From Selaginella moellendorffii (Eukaryota > Plantae > Lycopodiophyta), in assembly GCF_000143415.4 (NCBI RefSeq), contig NW_003314317.1, positions 186,001-250,000 of the forward strand: a DNA stretch of 64,000 nucleotides. The letters are read 5' to 3'. The notes beneath the pieces are model-generated. The model was given only the letters and a program-made list of their open reading frames with translations. It ran no database searches and had not been told where the DNA came from. Numbering within the stretch: the stretch's first letter is position 1; every line of letters begins with the position of its first letter. A program made the position numbers and the translations under genes. This document shows positions 1-13,638 of the stretch, piece after piece.

Positions 1-3000
1 CTTGTGCGGGACGTAGATCACTTCCACATCCGGAGGGATTGGTTTCGCTGCTACCATGCCTTCCACTCGCGGCTGGAAGCTCGCGGCCTTGATCTCTTGC
101 TGCGAGCTAGCCACTTTCATCTGCGAAACCGGTTCCATCACTTTCGAGCTCGTGGCCTTGATCTGCGAAACGTCTCCCACTTTCGAGCTCGCAGCTTCTC
201 CATCTTGCGAGCTAGCGGCTTTGATCTGCGAAACTGGTTCCACCTGCGAGCTCGTGACTTTGATCTGCGCTTCCACTGCTTCCACTGCTTCGCCACTGCC
301 AACTTCTTTTGTTTGCCGAGAGCTAGCGTCTCTGACCTGTGAAACTTTTATCTGCGCTTCCACTGCTTCCACTGCTTCGCTGCTCCCAACTTCTTTTGCA
401 TCTCTGATCTGTGTGACTTGTGTCGGTTGGACTGGGCTTAGCGTTTCCCTGCTGCTGCCTTTGTCTCCGGGGGGTTCCACCGCCGGAACACTGCTATCGT
501 CATCTTTTGCGTGGCGAGAGTTTGCCACCATTTTCACTTCCGGGATATCTTTCGTTTGCTCAAAGCTGACGGCCTCGATCTGTGGGACTTCGAGGGAGAT
601 ACCACTGCTGCCGTAGTGGAGCTCATCGGCCTTTTCCAGAGTCTCGGTGCTCAGCCCTGGAGACGCTACTCTTTCGGCACTCTTAGTACTTACTTGCTGC
701 AGGTGAGAAGAGGACGACGACTCGTTAGGATTCAATGAAATGGAACTCGTCACCCCCGGGGGAGCATTACCTGAAACTTTGGCTTTCTCCTGGCTAGAGG
801 CTGCCGGAGCTGGAGTCGATGGGACTCCCTTGAGACTCCTGGACGAGGCCGACCGAGAGTCTGTTTGTGAGAGAGAAGATCCTGCCCGGTTTGTGGAAGC
901 CTTCTGTGTCTCCGGTTTTACCAGTTCTCGCACCGACGCTACGCTTTTCCTCGTCACAGGCGTTGGCTTTTTAGCAGAGGATGATTCTCCTGCTTTTCCA
1001 GTTGCTCCCTGCTGTCGGACGGCCGGCGGCTTTGCGTTTTCCTTGCGAACGTCTGCAAGGGAGGGGACGGATCGGCTGAGAGGATTGCTGCTTGACGCTG
1101 GCTTTTTCACTGAAGAACTCTTGTTTGTTGTCGTCGAACTCAATGCTCGGGTCGGGGGCTTGCTAGTAGTACTGGTTCTACTCACTTTGGATACGGCCGG
1201 CTGAGATTTTGGTGTTGAAGTGCCTCCGGTTCGTGCAGCAATTCGATTGCGACGTTCAGCCGCAATTTCTTCGAGACGTTTCCTCTCTGCCTCCTCCTGC
1301 AAGTACCAAGGATGGTTAGATACACGCAGTCAGCATATAACATACCTTCTCTCTTTTTGTTTTCAGAATTGATGATCTTGTTGCCTTGAACCGAGAAGAC
1401 AATTCGGCCTTTCGTTTGTCTAGCGTGTCTTGCAGCGACTTCAGTCTTGCTTCTCTCTCTGCCTTCTTCGGCCCAGCCTCCTTCGTCAACTTAGCGTCTC
1501 GCTGTTCATGGTATTGCTCGTAAAATTCCTCCTCGACTTCCTCTTCTGGTGTAGGCTCAGGTTTCGGTTGCATGGCCGACATTGCCTCCATTTCAACGTT
1601 GACGTCGCTCCATCGCTTCTCAAGTGACTCCTTCCCCACCGATCTCTCTGGCAGCATCCATATATCCTCCGGCTCGAACTTTGGACTTTCAGGCTTTTCT
1701 TTTGTCTCTACGTAAAGCTGGTCTGCCGGCATTTCGAGCTCCAAGGTCCGTCTTGTCACCTCTGAGGTATCAAGAGCAGGTCGAGAAGGGACGATAAAAA
1801 GATCCTGTAGTACTGCATCTGAACTCGTATCCTTGGAATCGTCCTGTCGATTTTGATGCTGATAAGACTCGTCTATCGGATGTGCTGAATCCGAGAAACC
1901 AGAACGCTGGGGAATGATGAAGGAATCGTCCAAGTTACCATCGTGTTGGCCTGCTTTCCTGAAAGACAGTTCTGAGTCGTGATTGCTAGAGACGAAACGC
2001 CCAGCCTGATTCCTCCCAGGCAGCACCAGTCCATCCTTGGACGCTAGATTACTAGATTTCATCTGATCTTCAGCACCATACTGGGAACCTGTATTTCTCC
2101 CATGAGCTCTTCCGTCACCATTAAGCATATATGAGTCATCGGAAGTAAACTCTGAACGTCTCCTGTCGTGCTGTTGTGGGAGTGCTTCCGAGTCAAAAGC
2201 ATACGCATTTCCCCCAGATTGCAGGCCGCCTCTCCCTGGTACCGAGAAGTAAGTATCATCAATCGTATCCTTTCCGTTTGCTGATGCATGGGAGCCTTCA
2301 GACGAGATCTCCGTTACCACAGGAACAGATTTTTGGCGCCTCGTTTTCTTTTTGTTTCGACTCGGACGTTCTTCGCTATAATGTTGCTTCCCCCCTTGAT
2401 CTATCTCACTGCTCGTTTCAAACTCACTGCTCTCATCGGATTCGTTTTCCGTGCTCCTGCTTTTGTTTCCACCAGCAGGTTGATCCTGTGATCCTGTAAT
2501 ATAATTAATATTCCGGATAAGAACCATGCCTGACCGTTTTCCTGGACGCCCGACTTGAACTTTCTTTAGTGGCGAAGACGTTCTTCTCCGAGGTGAAGAC
2601 TTCCTGCTGTTCTTTTTGCCGTTACTTTTTTCTGCTACTTCATCCTCTTCCTCCTCTGCTTCGCCGTTGGTGGATGCGTTGTTGAAAGTACCGGGGGGAG
2701 GAACCGCCCAGTATGGATTCATCTGGCCGTAGTTACCGTTCACGTATGGATTCTGAGGCATAAATCGAGGATCGTAACCCTGCTCGCTGCCGAAATGCAT
2801 CCAAGGAGGAGGATGTCCATACGGTGGCATTCCCATCATCTGAGGAAAGTTGTGGTGCTGATCAGACAGGTAGCCGGACGGTTGCCGCTGGAGATTTTCA
2901 AGAGGGTCCTTTCGGGCCGTATCATCTGTTCCTTTCTCGTCGTGAGCCTTGGAGGCCTCAATCATGTTCTTCAGTGGGGCCAGGCCCTCGGGAGCAATAG

Positions 3001-4153
3001 TTATTCCAGTGCCGTTCGCCTCCGGATATGCATACGCGCCCTCTGCTGCCACAAGTTCCATTTCGTCCAGCCATAGACCACCTTCTTGCTGTTTTTTGCA
3101 CAAAGACGCAAACTTGTGACAAGCTTCGCTGCATTTGTGGAGCTTATTGTTAGTCATAATGCGTAAAACCCCGAGGTAGCTCACCTTAGTCGCGCAGCAC
3201 CAAAATACTCTGCGAAAGCAAGAAGGTCGGACAGGTGATCCATATCAAAACCGGCGGCAACTGCACGAGCAAATGCCATCCCTTGCTCTCTTTGCAAGAC
3301 CGCGTGTCGAGTTTCCATAGCTTTGATCAAACGGCATCTTCAAAATGGCAGCGGTTAGACCCGAACAAACCGGTACGAGCAATCACTCTCTACCTGGAAG
3401 TTTCATTGTTTTCAGCGTCGACCTCTTCTACATCCTTGCGGACCTGTTGACACAAAAATATGAGCTGCTTGACACAAATTCAAAAGGTTCGGACCTTGCT
3501 TTGCTTGTTGAAAGATTTTCCACCACCTATATCCACAGTTAAAGAAAGTTGAAAAACATGGTGATTACAATGGGTACCTGAAACAGTCGCGACTGATCCA
3601 GCAACAGATTGCTGGTCGTCTCCCTGAAGTCACGTAAACATCATTCAGAAAACCATTTGAAGAAAAGTAAGGTCACCTCATTCGTGTAGTTGCACAACTC
3701 TTCTTCGAGCTGAATCAGCTCCGTCTCCACAACGCTGACGCGCTCCAGCACCTCCGGAGTGCTAACAAATCGCACAAATCTACAGAAACAGTCCCAAGAA
3801 TTATTGGTGGAGCGCAATGAATGGTAGTAGCGAAAGGCGCTTTACCTTTGCATGGTGCCTTTAGTGAACCAGCTTGCTTTGCCTTGGTTGCCATCAATCG
3901 GGGGCTCGAGCCTGATCGAGTAGCCACCAACAGCAATTTGCTCCTCGGCTGCCCTCAAATGGGCAAGGAATGGCTTGAGCAATCCAGATGCCAATTTCTC
4001 GCTCACACCATGGGACGATATCAGCAGCTCACACCTGGAATAACAATGCAATATCAGGATCAAAGTATCAGTCGAAGCTAAACACTCTGGAAACCTGGTC
4101 CTGGTCGGTGTGAGCTGGAAGACGGCGAAATCCAGCACTATATCGGCCTTCAT
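1..4153 (-). CDS. COP1-interacting protein 7-like / COP1-interacting-related protein, multi-exon, 3' end runs off the window
   Basis: N-terminus [20 protein letters not shown]|CELLISS...[15 protein letters not shown]...WFTKGTMQR is the family signature. Large exon within ORF 1316-3184; a further exon from ~1298 appears to continue past base 1. GT-AG introns. Confidence 0.8.
50..380 (-). repeat. Imperfect coding tandem repeats (SQIK[AV][AT]S-type units) in the C-terminal exon of the CIP7-like gene
   Basis: Recurrent (gagctcgtggcc)ttgatctgcgaaac and cttccactgcttccactgcttcg units. Confidence 0.7.
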
Positions 4154-5359
4154 CGCGAATGCAGCGCCCTAAGGAAGCAGCAGGCTCTAGATCCACATTC
4201 CTCTTGAGAATCCGGCGACCCTTGTCCTGCTACAGAGAAACAGTGACGAGATTCTCACAATCCGATGCTCGAGAAACCTACATTGCTCGCTTACCGGCAC
4301 AGGCAGCTCCAGGCGTCCGAGAGAGGATCGAAATTTCAGCGCGGCATCACGATTCGAGGCGATCCACAACCCGACAGCGAGATTATCGAATCAATCCATG
4401 CCTGGCAACCGCTGGCCGGAGCGCTCCTCCCTTCCCCGATCGAAAACCTAGCGCGCCTTCTCACTCTCTTCTCCCCTTCGTCCACAAAAAAGAGAGAAGG
4501 AAAATCACGGCAATAAAACCACTTTGATTGATCCTTCTCTGTAGTCTAGTGTAATGATTTTTATTAAATCGGGGAACAAAACAATGGTGAGCTGTCACAT
4601 GGGTGGGTGCCTATAGGCTATACCCGAAGAAATATACATACAAAAATCCCCTGGCCAGTGCAACTGTGCCACGTGGGACCCCATACGAGTAGTTGGGACA
4701 TCATAGATGCTTATCATCCACATCGTGATGTGAACTCCACACCAATTACCCCACATCATGCGGCATGCTCTCCATCCATGCATGTAAAGTTGACGGTGCC
4801 ATGGTACGTGTGAATGGGGGATCCAAGGGCCCGATTAACTCGCGCGGTAAAGTGACGTGGCAACCCGGCCAAATGATAGCTAGCTGGAGTCCACCATTGT
4901 TTGGCCTGGCAAACGTAGAGACCAAAGCTTTGATCCACTTCGTCGAAGCCAAAGAATCAAATTTTTCGTATTTTTCTTAAAGTCCGAATGATCTCTTCGC
5001 GCGCTTCTTCTTTGATGCGAGCGAGTAGACTCTGGTCGATCCAACGAGCTCTGTTAGTAATTGATGCAGTTTTCTATTTTACCTGTCGAGATCATGAAGT
5101 TGTAGTTCCTGAGATCTTGGAAGAACTTCGCAGCTGTGGCTTCTTCGGTAACTTAAGCCGACAAGGACCACCACCAGCGGCGCATCTAATGCTTTCCCAG
5201 CGACTTGCTAACAGCTCCTTTATCTCCGATGTGTATCTAGCAGTTTCTTACTCCCCCTCCTAGAAGAAAAACTTTTGCTTTCTCTCGTCTCCACTGCAAA
5301 ACTTTGGACTTTCCCTGCCCTCCCTTCACCCTGTCCTGAGCTATCCTGTGCTACTGGAA

Positions 5360-8300
5360 TTACTGCTTCTTTACCAGCTCCTGGATCGTGCTTACCATCA
5401 GCTTACAATTGATCGGCTTGGTGAGGTAAGCGTCCATTCCAACAGCACGGCATTTGGCTTCGTCGCTTGTTAGAGCGTGCGCCGTGAGTGCGACGATGGG
5501 AATGTGTCGGTCTGTGTCAGCCTCTGATTCTCGGATGGCCTTGGTCGCGCTGTAGCCATCCATCACCGGCATCTATCAAGAAAACAAAAACAAAAAGAGA
5601 TTTCGTCAATTAATAAGAAGCAAAGATCATTGAAAATAGTAACTTACTGCACAGTCCATCAGGATCAAGTCGAAGTGTAGAGTCTGTGACTTCAGAAGCT
5701 CGTTAACTGACTTAGCCACTGCTGTCACGGCTTGTTGTCCGTCCCCGACTATTGTCACCTCAGCTCCAAGCTTTCCCAGGATTGTCCCGATCATCCGCTG
5801 CAGTATGGGCGTGTCCTCCACCACTAGAATCCGCAAGCCAGCTAAAGGTTTGGAGCCTGGGGGCTCCACTGCTGCATGAGTCGGGGACGCATTTGATGTG
5901 CTGATCTCACTTTCGGGTAGGCTGAAAGGACTTCTCGCAGAACTTGTGCTCTTTGGCTTGGTCGGTATTCGTAGATCTATAACCGGGCCGCTCCACTCGT
6001 TCTCGAGGTCCTTGGCACCTTTCCTGTCCTCCTGTACACCGTCCGCGGTGGTGTTTACCACTTCGGGTGTCAAAAGTCCACTCGTTGGTGATCCCGGTGT
6101 ACTGAGAATGTAGTCGTCCGAGTGGTAAGCAACGTCTGAAGAAGGCACGTGATGAACGATGCCCAAACCACCTCCACAGTGCCTCACAGGTACGCTACTT
6201 GTCAGGCGTGGAGTAGAAGGTCCGCTTGAAATGCAGCTCAAAGGCTCGGATGATGCCGGCTCAAACTTGGAAACTCGTTGAAGCAAAGTGAGCAGTCTTT
6301 TCATTCTGCTCGCATGTAGAGGCTTGATCAAGATAACTGATGGAGCAGCTACCTGTAACGCCTTCTTGAAGGAAATTCCGGAATCAGGAGGGGCAATCCA
6401 GCCGACCGCAAGGGAGTGCCGGTGACGAATCCTTGAAAGGAAGCTGAGTACTTCGAGTAAGGAGGCCGGCATCTTAGATGAACTTTCACAGTCCGAGGGT
6501 CCCGACTTTCCCCAAGGGAACATAGAAACGTCGATCAAAGCCAACAGCGAAGAGCCGGCTTCTAGAAAGCTTTCCAGAGTCCGACTGCTGCATCCTGCAC
6601 TACTACTGCCCAGCGGAGAATAGTCCGCTAAATCACTGAAATAGCCAGCTCTCTGGCATTCCCTTGTGTTTAGCCGAAAGTCATTGCAGCCACTGCTGCA
6701 TATAGCCTCCATGGTCGATAGAACATCCTGAAAGCTGCTGACATGAGTCACCCTTGTACCTTTCTTCTCTAACCAGCGTATGCAAGTGCTTGCCGCCATA
6801 CCATCTGGCATAGCGACCACCACCTGAGTGCGCTCGAGAAGACTGAAGGATGGTGTCGGATACGAAACATAAACTTGCGGCGATCCTATGAGAGAGCTCA
6901 AGCTGTCGGGTGACGGCGAACTCGCCACTAATGTTTCCGGAGGAACATCCTTCAATCTCTCCATGACAATATTGAAACGGATAAGAGTTCCAGGTCCTTG
7001 CTTGCAAATGACTTGCACTTCTCCACCCATTTTCTGAACTAGCGACCGGACAATATAGAGACCAAGGCCAGAGCCTCCGTGAATTCTCGTCGACGATGCA
7101 TCTGCTTGAACGAAACTGTCGAAGACCGTTTCATGCATGTGGGACGGAATTCCGCAACCTATGAGAATAGTTCTGTTAAAAACAATGTCTACAACGTAAA
7201 TCTATCAATCGTACCTGTGTCATCAACTTCAAAGATGACATTGATGAAAGATGGACCATCACTACTAATTTCCGGTTTTTCATCAGCCCAACCACGAATG
7301 ACTATATGGCCATTTTCCGTGAACTTCATGGAATTTGAGAGCAGGTTGCTAAATATTTGTCGAATTCGGCACGCATCACCTTTCAAGGCCTGCGGAATGG
7401 TATCTGAAATACAAGATAATACATGGACTGGAAACAGAATATCAAAAAACAAAAATACCTGAAAGATCCAACGCAACATCCACACTAGCTGCATAGGACT
7501 GGGCTGCAAACATATCCACAAGAGATTCCAGCTCGCTCGCCAGATTAAAGGGAGCAAGATCCAAGTCCATTTTTCCTGCCTCCACCTGTTCAGGCAGTAA
7601 GTGCAGAAGTCATACGTGAGAGAAACATACCTTACTGATATCCAGCACATTATTAACCATGCTAAGAAGCCCCGTTGCGCATCGCCGTATTTGTCCAACG
7701 GAAGTTTCTTGCTCGGGAGTTAGAGTGTCACATGATAGAATATCCAACATGCCAATTATGCCAGCCATGGGAGTTCGTAGCTCATGGCTGAAAGAAGTCA
7801 TGGTCAGTCCTCAACAAATTAGGATTGTTGTTGTCATGGATACCTCATGTTGGCAAGAAATTGGCTTTTATGATTGCTTAGTTGTTCGGCTCGATGTTTG
7901 GCTATCAGCTGCCTAATCAGTTCTTGCTTCAGCTGCATTTCGGTGCTCATATTGCTCGTAAGCACACATATTAGAAGACAGCCCACGATGGAGATAGCAA
8001 TCGCAATGCTGACAGATACTGCAACCACTGTCCTTTTCCACGACTCGATCTTACCCATTATGCGTTTCTTCGGAATAGCAGCTACTGCAGTCTGTGAAAA
8101 CAGGAACATTAGGCTGTTCAAAAAATTCCACTACAGACTCACCAGCTTTAGGCTGCTGAAAGGACTATTGTTCACTGGCATAGTATCAATGTAATACTTG
8201 GTACCCATAAGGTTGACGTTCACAGCATGAACTTCCAAAAGATTATTCTTGTATCCTGACTCTAAAAATGTGGCAGCTGCAGCAATTGTTGGATTGGAAG

Positions 8301-9627
8301 AATTTCTGGCATCGCATAAAATGTCGGTATCTTGCATTTCGCTCGACATCGCTATGATTTTTGAATTATTTCTTTCGTCTTTCCTGAAATTCAGTAGATT
8401 GAGCTCCAGAGAGAAAGGAAGTCAAAACACGTACCAGACAACGTAAAGAAATCCTCCAAGCAGGTCCACTGTAGATAAATAGTTTGTTAATTCTTTCAAG
8501 GATGTTGTGATTGCCGAGACGCCGATAAATTCATTACTTTCCGACAACACCGAGGCTGCGGCAGCTATCACTGGCTCACCGAAAACCCCCGGTTCTATAC
8601 TCCAGTTTGCCTGAAAAGAAAATCACACGCATTAGATTTGCATACTACATTAGGATCTCCGAGACCTGGCTGGCTTGAAATTTGCGCATGATGGAAGGGT
8701 TGATGACATAAGGCGTCGAATTGCTTTCTACGGCGGGAAACTTTCCTATTCCGGTTTTTGACCCAGTCAGATTCTGGAACACAAGCAGTGCAATAGCGTC
8801 ATGCGTAAAACTAGAGCACCGGAAAAGATACCTGCATGTACCATGCTTTAGGAACCCCTGCGGAAGACTCGTTGGCGAAGAACAAGTACTCCGATCTGTT
8901 AACTCTTGAATAATCAACCGCATAACCATCTCGGTGTAGAAACGAGACGGAGCTCAGTTGCGGCCTGGTTGATAGAAAAGCCCAATTGATTCTCCTGATC
9001 TGTTAAGAGAGCTACAGCAACAAACCGAAGAGCAAAGAATAGAACGAACCTCGTCCTGTGACGAAGCCCAATTGCGCTTGCTGAGAAAAACGTTTTGGTG
9101 AAGGGAGCTCAAAGTAGAGGACATGTTGTAAGTCTCTCCTAGGATCAGCGACGTTGTTTGCAAGCTGCTTTGGAGTAGCTCACGCCGCAAGACCGAAGCC
9201 GCGTGGTTCACAGCCTTCTTGCTATAGGTGGAAGTGTAGTACCATGTAACGAGGCTGGTGCAAACGAGCATCAAGGCGAATAGAATCTGCGTTTCCCGAT
9301 GCGTTAGATAGTCAAAGAGGCACAGAGTGAATCAAATAAACCACGTACCATTATCGCGAGGCGAGAGACGAGCACGGTGTTGGTGCGGTCCAGCAGCCTC
9401 CTCTTGCGGCAAAACGCGCGATGGACAGCCGCATTCGCGAAGTTCTCCACTGTCACGGAGCTCCCCATCATGTCCAAGATGATATGCTCCAACACCGTCT
9501 CCTTGCCATCCTCTTCCCGCTTGAAGCACCATTTGGGCAGCTCCAGCGATTCGCAGCCTCGGCCAGAGCAATCAATAGAGTCCCTCGCCTTCGCCTCTGC
9601 CTCTTGCCGCTGCTTCATCGCGTCCAT
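5360..9627 (-). CDS. Hybrid sensor histidine kinase (CKI1/AHK1-like), multi-exon
   Basis: Two hydrophobic TM segments flanking a putative extracellular region; H-box SHELRTPMAGIIG; N-box RIRQIFSNLLSNSMKFT; G-box GGSGLGLYIV; receiver LILMDCA|MPVMDGY...KP. Confidence 0.9.
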
Positions 9628-10261
9628 CCCTCAGCGATCATTTATTCTAGCTGCCTACCTATCCCCGAAATCCAAAATATTTCCATCCTTGCCCGAATCT
9701 CTGCCGAAATCCCGAGCTCGCTCGCCTCGGAGCCAATCCAGAGCGTCAATGCCCCCAAGAATACCGCGGCCAGCGATCGACGCGACGATCCTGGAGCACT
9801 CATACCTCGATTCAGACGAGAATCTCCGCCACGCTCCTCCCGCATTCCATTCCTAGCAATCCCATCGCCGCAGCAGCGGCGCAGCACCAGTCGATCGAAG
9901 AATGTAGCGCTAGCGCCGAGGGCAAGAACCGGCCAAAACGCAAGATCTTCGCAGCTAGAAAAGCGTATATTTGGGGACAGATGAAAAACCCTCTTCCTCG
10001 ACAGCTCCGGCCCGTCACGTTGAAGGGCACGCTTTGCTCGGTGTACGGCACGTTCCACGTGGCCCAGATCATTAATGGCCCGCCACCAGTACGGCCATTT
10101 GCCCCTTAATTCCCGGCGGTTAAAAACAAACGACTTTAAACATCCCTCCCGGTTTAAACATCATCCAATCTTACGGCGTCCGGTAAATATCGCCGTCGTT
10201 ATTTTGCCTGGGTATTGGCGGGAGCTAAGATTAACAGTAATAGAACGCTCTCCTCCTCGGA

Positions 10262-11782
10262 TTAAGCGTTCTCTTGTCTATCTATCGCGTGATACTGGTT
10301 TCCTCCTCCTAGTCGCTTTGGCGGAAGTTTGCGAAGGATGAAGAGAACCAATGCCGACGGGAGGATCTCGACTAGCTGGAAGGAACAAAACCAAGCAAAG
10401 AGTTTGTCATCGAATCGAATCCATCAATCGAGCAAATCCCGGGAAGAAAAAAATCGACTTACCGAATAGTAGAGGACGTTGAGGAAGGGGTGGTATAAAA
10501 CATCCAGGTCCGCGTTCTTCTCAAACGTTGAGAAAGCAAGCTGGTAAGCGAATAAAGTGTTAGATTTTTCTGGCGCGAGTCAGAGGAGTTTTGATGGGGA
10601 ATCTTACAATGAACGTGCGAATCGTGAAGCACGCGAAGCAGATGCCGGTCACTCCACCAACCTGTAAGCGAGAAAAGGGCTCTGGAGTTTATACCCGATA
10701 CAGCAAAGACTACGATCGCATCGTACCTCGTGAAGTTTCTTTTGGCGTCCTTTGGACTCGATTGGAAACCTCCGCAACATCATAAAAAGCCTGCAAAAAA
10801 CATCGGGGAACGTCGAGATGGGAAAAAAGAAAACTTCACCTTCCACCATAAACTAGAAACCCAAACGCTGCCAGCAAGGAAACACCTAACAATCCGATCC
10901 AAATTCCTGTCAGATTGGCAAGCAGAGAAAAACGCATTGGATGTTAAACAGTACCAGCGAAAAAGAGCTTGGAGATAGTCAGGATAACTTCGACGGGCTT
11001 TAGCCAATAGATAACCCACAGGAGTAGCTGTCACGAAGGGAGAAATGCGATCTTCTCTCAATTAAGTGCAAGATATGATTCGATTACCTGAACGATATAA
11101 ACAATGCAATTGATAACGACAAACACCGGGCGCAAGTTCTCTGCTGGTAGATTCTTGGCCTAACAAACAACAAAACGTCGTTACTCGGATAAGAACAAAT
11201 CAAAGTATTAAGAAGCACCAACCTGGCGATATATCTCGGCCCAGAACAAAACCAGGAGAGCGTAAGTCGTGAAGAATAGGAGGCCGGGAAGATCTAACAG
11301 GATAGGCTGTAAGATCTGTAGAATCCCATGGAAAAACTCTTTAAGTTATACGATAAAATTCCAGGGAATTCCAAGTTTTGTCTTACCTCGGGCTTGAGGT
11401 ACTGCAGTTGCCGGCGGAATAGAAAGACTGCAGCTCTAACTGATCGAAGAAGACGAATCAAAACAAGAGGATGAGAGAAAAAAATATGAAACTTTTCACC
11501 TCCATTTACAAAGAAATTGAGGAGATGGAACACTTTCTGCGTTGTCCAGCCATACTCCGGCACCCGGATTTGTATTCTAACGAGTTGGATCTAAAAGAAA
11601 CAAAGGAAGAAAATCGATAGGAAACACAGCTAACTTACAAGAATCAACTAACTTACAAGGGCAGCAATGCAGAGTAGTGCGTACGCCGCCGCCAAGCCGT
11701 AAAACACCCCGTCCTCGAGCGATTTGGAGCTCCTCAACCCCAAATCCTCCACAAACGCCGCGACGATCGATAGACGCTCCAT
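10262..11782 (-). CDS. TOM1: Tobamovirus multiplication 1-like membrane protein (DUF1084), many small exons
   Basis: ATG at 11782. [30 protein letters not shown] and C-terminal [21 protein letters not shown] are TOM1-family hallmarks. Stop at 10262-10264. Confidence 0.88.
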
Positions 11783-11975
11783 GCCTTCGCGCCCTACGTC
11801 ATAGGAAGCGCCCGGCAGTTGCGAATCCCATGCCCCGGGCCACTGTCACCCTAGAAATCCAGCGTCGTCTTCCTCCTCCTCGATTAGGGCGACGGCGCGA
11901 CGATTGAGAAGAACACGAAGAAACAAAGAAAATATTTCGCGAAGCCAGAGCTTTGCAAGTTTCAAGGGCAAAAGT

Positions 11976-12090
11976 GGCACGTGGCTCGCGGTGCATGGAC
12001 GGGACACGTGGCGGCTGCATGGACTGAAATCTGGCAAGCCCAGAGGTCGCCACGTGTGCTTTAGTGATTCGAGACTCTCGTGCCTATATA
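11976..12090 (+). promoter_or_regulatory. Three G-box/ABRE motifs plus a TATA-like box between divergent TOM1 and PP2C
   Basis: CACGTG at 11978, 12005 and 12051, each in ACGTGGC context on one strand; TATATA at 12085-12090. Confidence 0.55.
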
Positions 12091-12194
12091 CACCGGGAGG
12101 GGTCAATGTATTTTGACCTATTTGCTCGCTCATTGGGAGGTTTTCTTCGATCGATCGAGCTCCAGGGATTGATCTGCTGCCGCAGCTGCTAGAA

Positions 12195-13264
12195 ATGTGT
12201 CTCCGGCGATTGATTCGCACTAAGGTGAGTGATTCGATCGAGAAATTTGCTACTGAGGGTAAGATCGATCTCTCATTTTGATTTCCAAGACCTCGGAGGA
12301 GCGCGAGGTTACCTATGGCTCTGCCTGTCTCAAGGGCAGATCCTCGCATCCCATGGAGGATTTCTTCGTTGCCGACTACAAGGAGATCAAGGAAGGGGAC
12401 AACACACACGACCTGGGATTGTTTGCAATCTACGACGGGCATCTGGGACACAACGTTCCAGCTTATCTCCAGAAGAACCTCTTTGACAACATTCTCAACG
12501 AAGTACGTTCTTAGTTTGTTTTCTTTGTTTCGCGATTGAATCTGGATTTCACTTGCGAAAACTTCCATAGCCAGGATTCTGGAGCGATCCCAGCAGTGCC
12601 ATTCGAAATGCCTACGAAAGAACAGACAAGACCATCCTCGAGAAATCGACAGACTTGGGCATTGGAGGATCCACAGCAGTCACAGCGATTCTGATAGACG
12701 GCTCCCGGCTACTCGTCGCGAACATAGGCGATTCTCGAGCGGTTTTAAGCCGCGGAGGCGAGGCTTTGCAACTCTCGGTGGATCACGAGCCCGGACAACC
12801 GGCCGAGCGAGACACCATCCAAAACAAAGGTGGATTTGTCCTCAAACTCCCAGGTAAGCACAAAACCTTCCACATTCTCAGGACAAAGCGAAATCAATGA
12901 ATTCTTTTCAGGTGATGTGCCTCGCGTGGATGGCCAACTTGCGGTGGCTCGAGCTTTCGGGGACAAGAACCTTAAAGACCATCTAAGCGCCGATCCAGAC
13001 ATCAAGGAAGTTGCCATCGAGCCGAAAGACGAGTTCCTGATACTCGCGAGCGACGGACTCTGGAAGGTAATCCGAGCGGAAATGATCTCTTGAAAAAACG
13101 CTCGCTGCGATACTCTGCAGGTGATGAAGAACCAGGAGGCGGTGGATCACATCCGGAAAATTAAAGATCCAAAGCACGCCGCCGAGAAGCTGACGTCGCA
13201 GGCCGTTTTGTTGAATAGCTCGGATGATATCTCCTGTGTCGTTGTCCACTTAAGGAAGAAATAA
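12195..13264 (+). CDS. Protein phosphatase 2C (probably clade F-like), multi-exon
   Basis: [48 protein letters not shown] and DDISCVVV motifs; TAA at 13262-13264; start codon tentative. Confidence 0.92.
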
Positions 13265-13638
13265 AACGACAAGAGAATGGAATCGACACAAATCAATACT
13301 GTACATTCCTTGTAACTTTGCAAGGGGAGGAATCCAAGCCTGGAAACTTTGTGTTCTTCCTGTAAACTTTGTTCTCACCTTTTTCTTCCTGGAAAATTTC
13401 TTCTTCCTGGAACTTAGTTCCTGTCCGCGAAGTTAGATCCAGCGCAGCTTCCTCCCAATGATACAACAAATGCCAGCTTCAAACCATTCTTCTCTTTCGG
13501 CCACCATAGCCTTCCTTCCAGCTGGAGAAGAAAAGCTTTTTATCTCGACGAAGAGCCTTCCATCCCGTCCAAAGAGGCTCGAGTCTTCCATCCAACCGAG
13601 ATATAGAAGAGCTCGAGTCTTCCAGCGAAGAGCTTCTT

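Noticed and set aside
4-1204. Plus-strand ORFs of 112-186 aa
   Set aside because: Antisense shadows of the CIP7-like terminal exon
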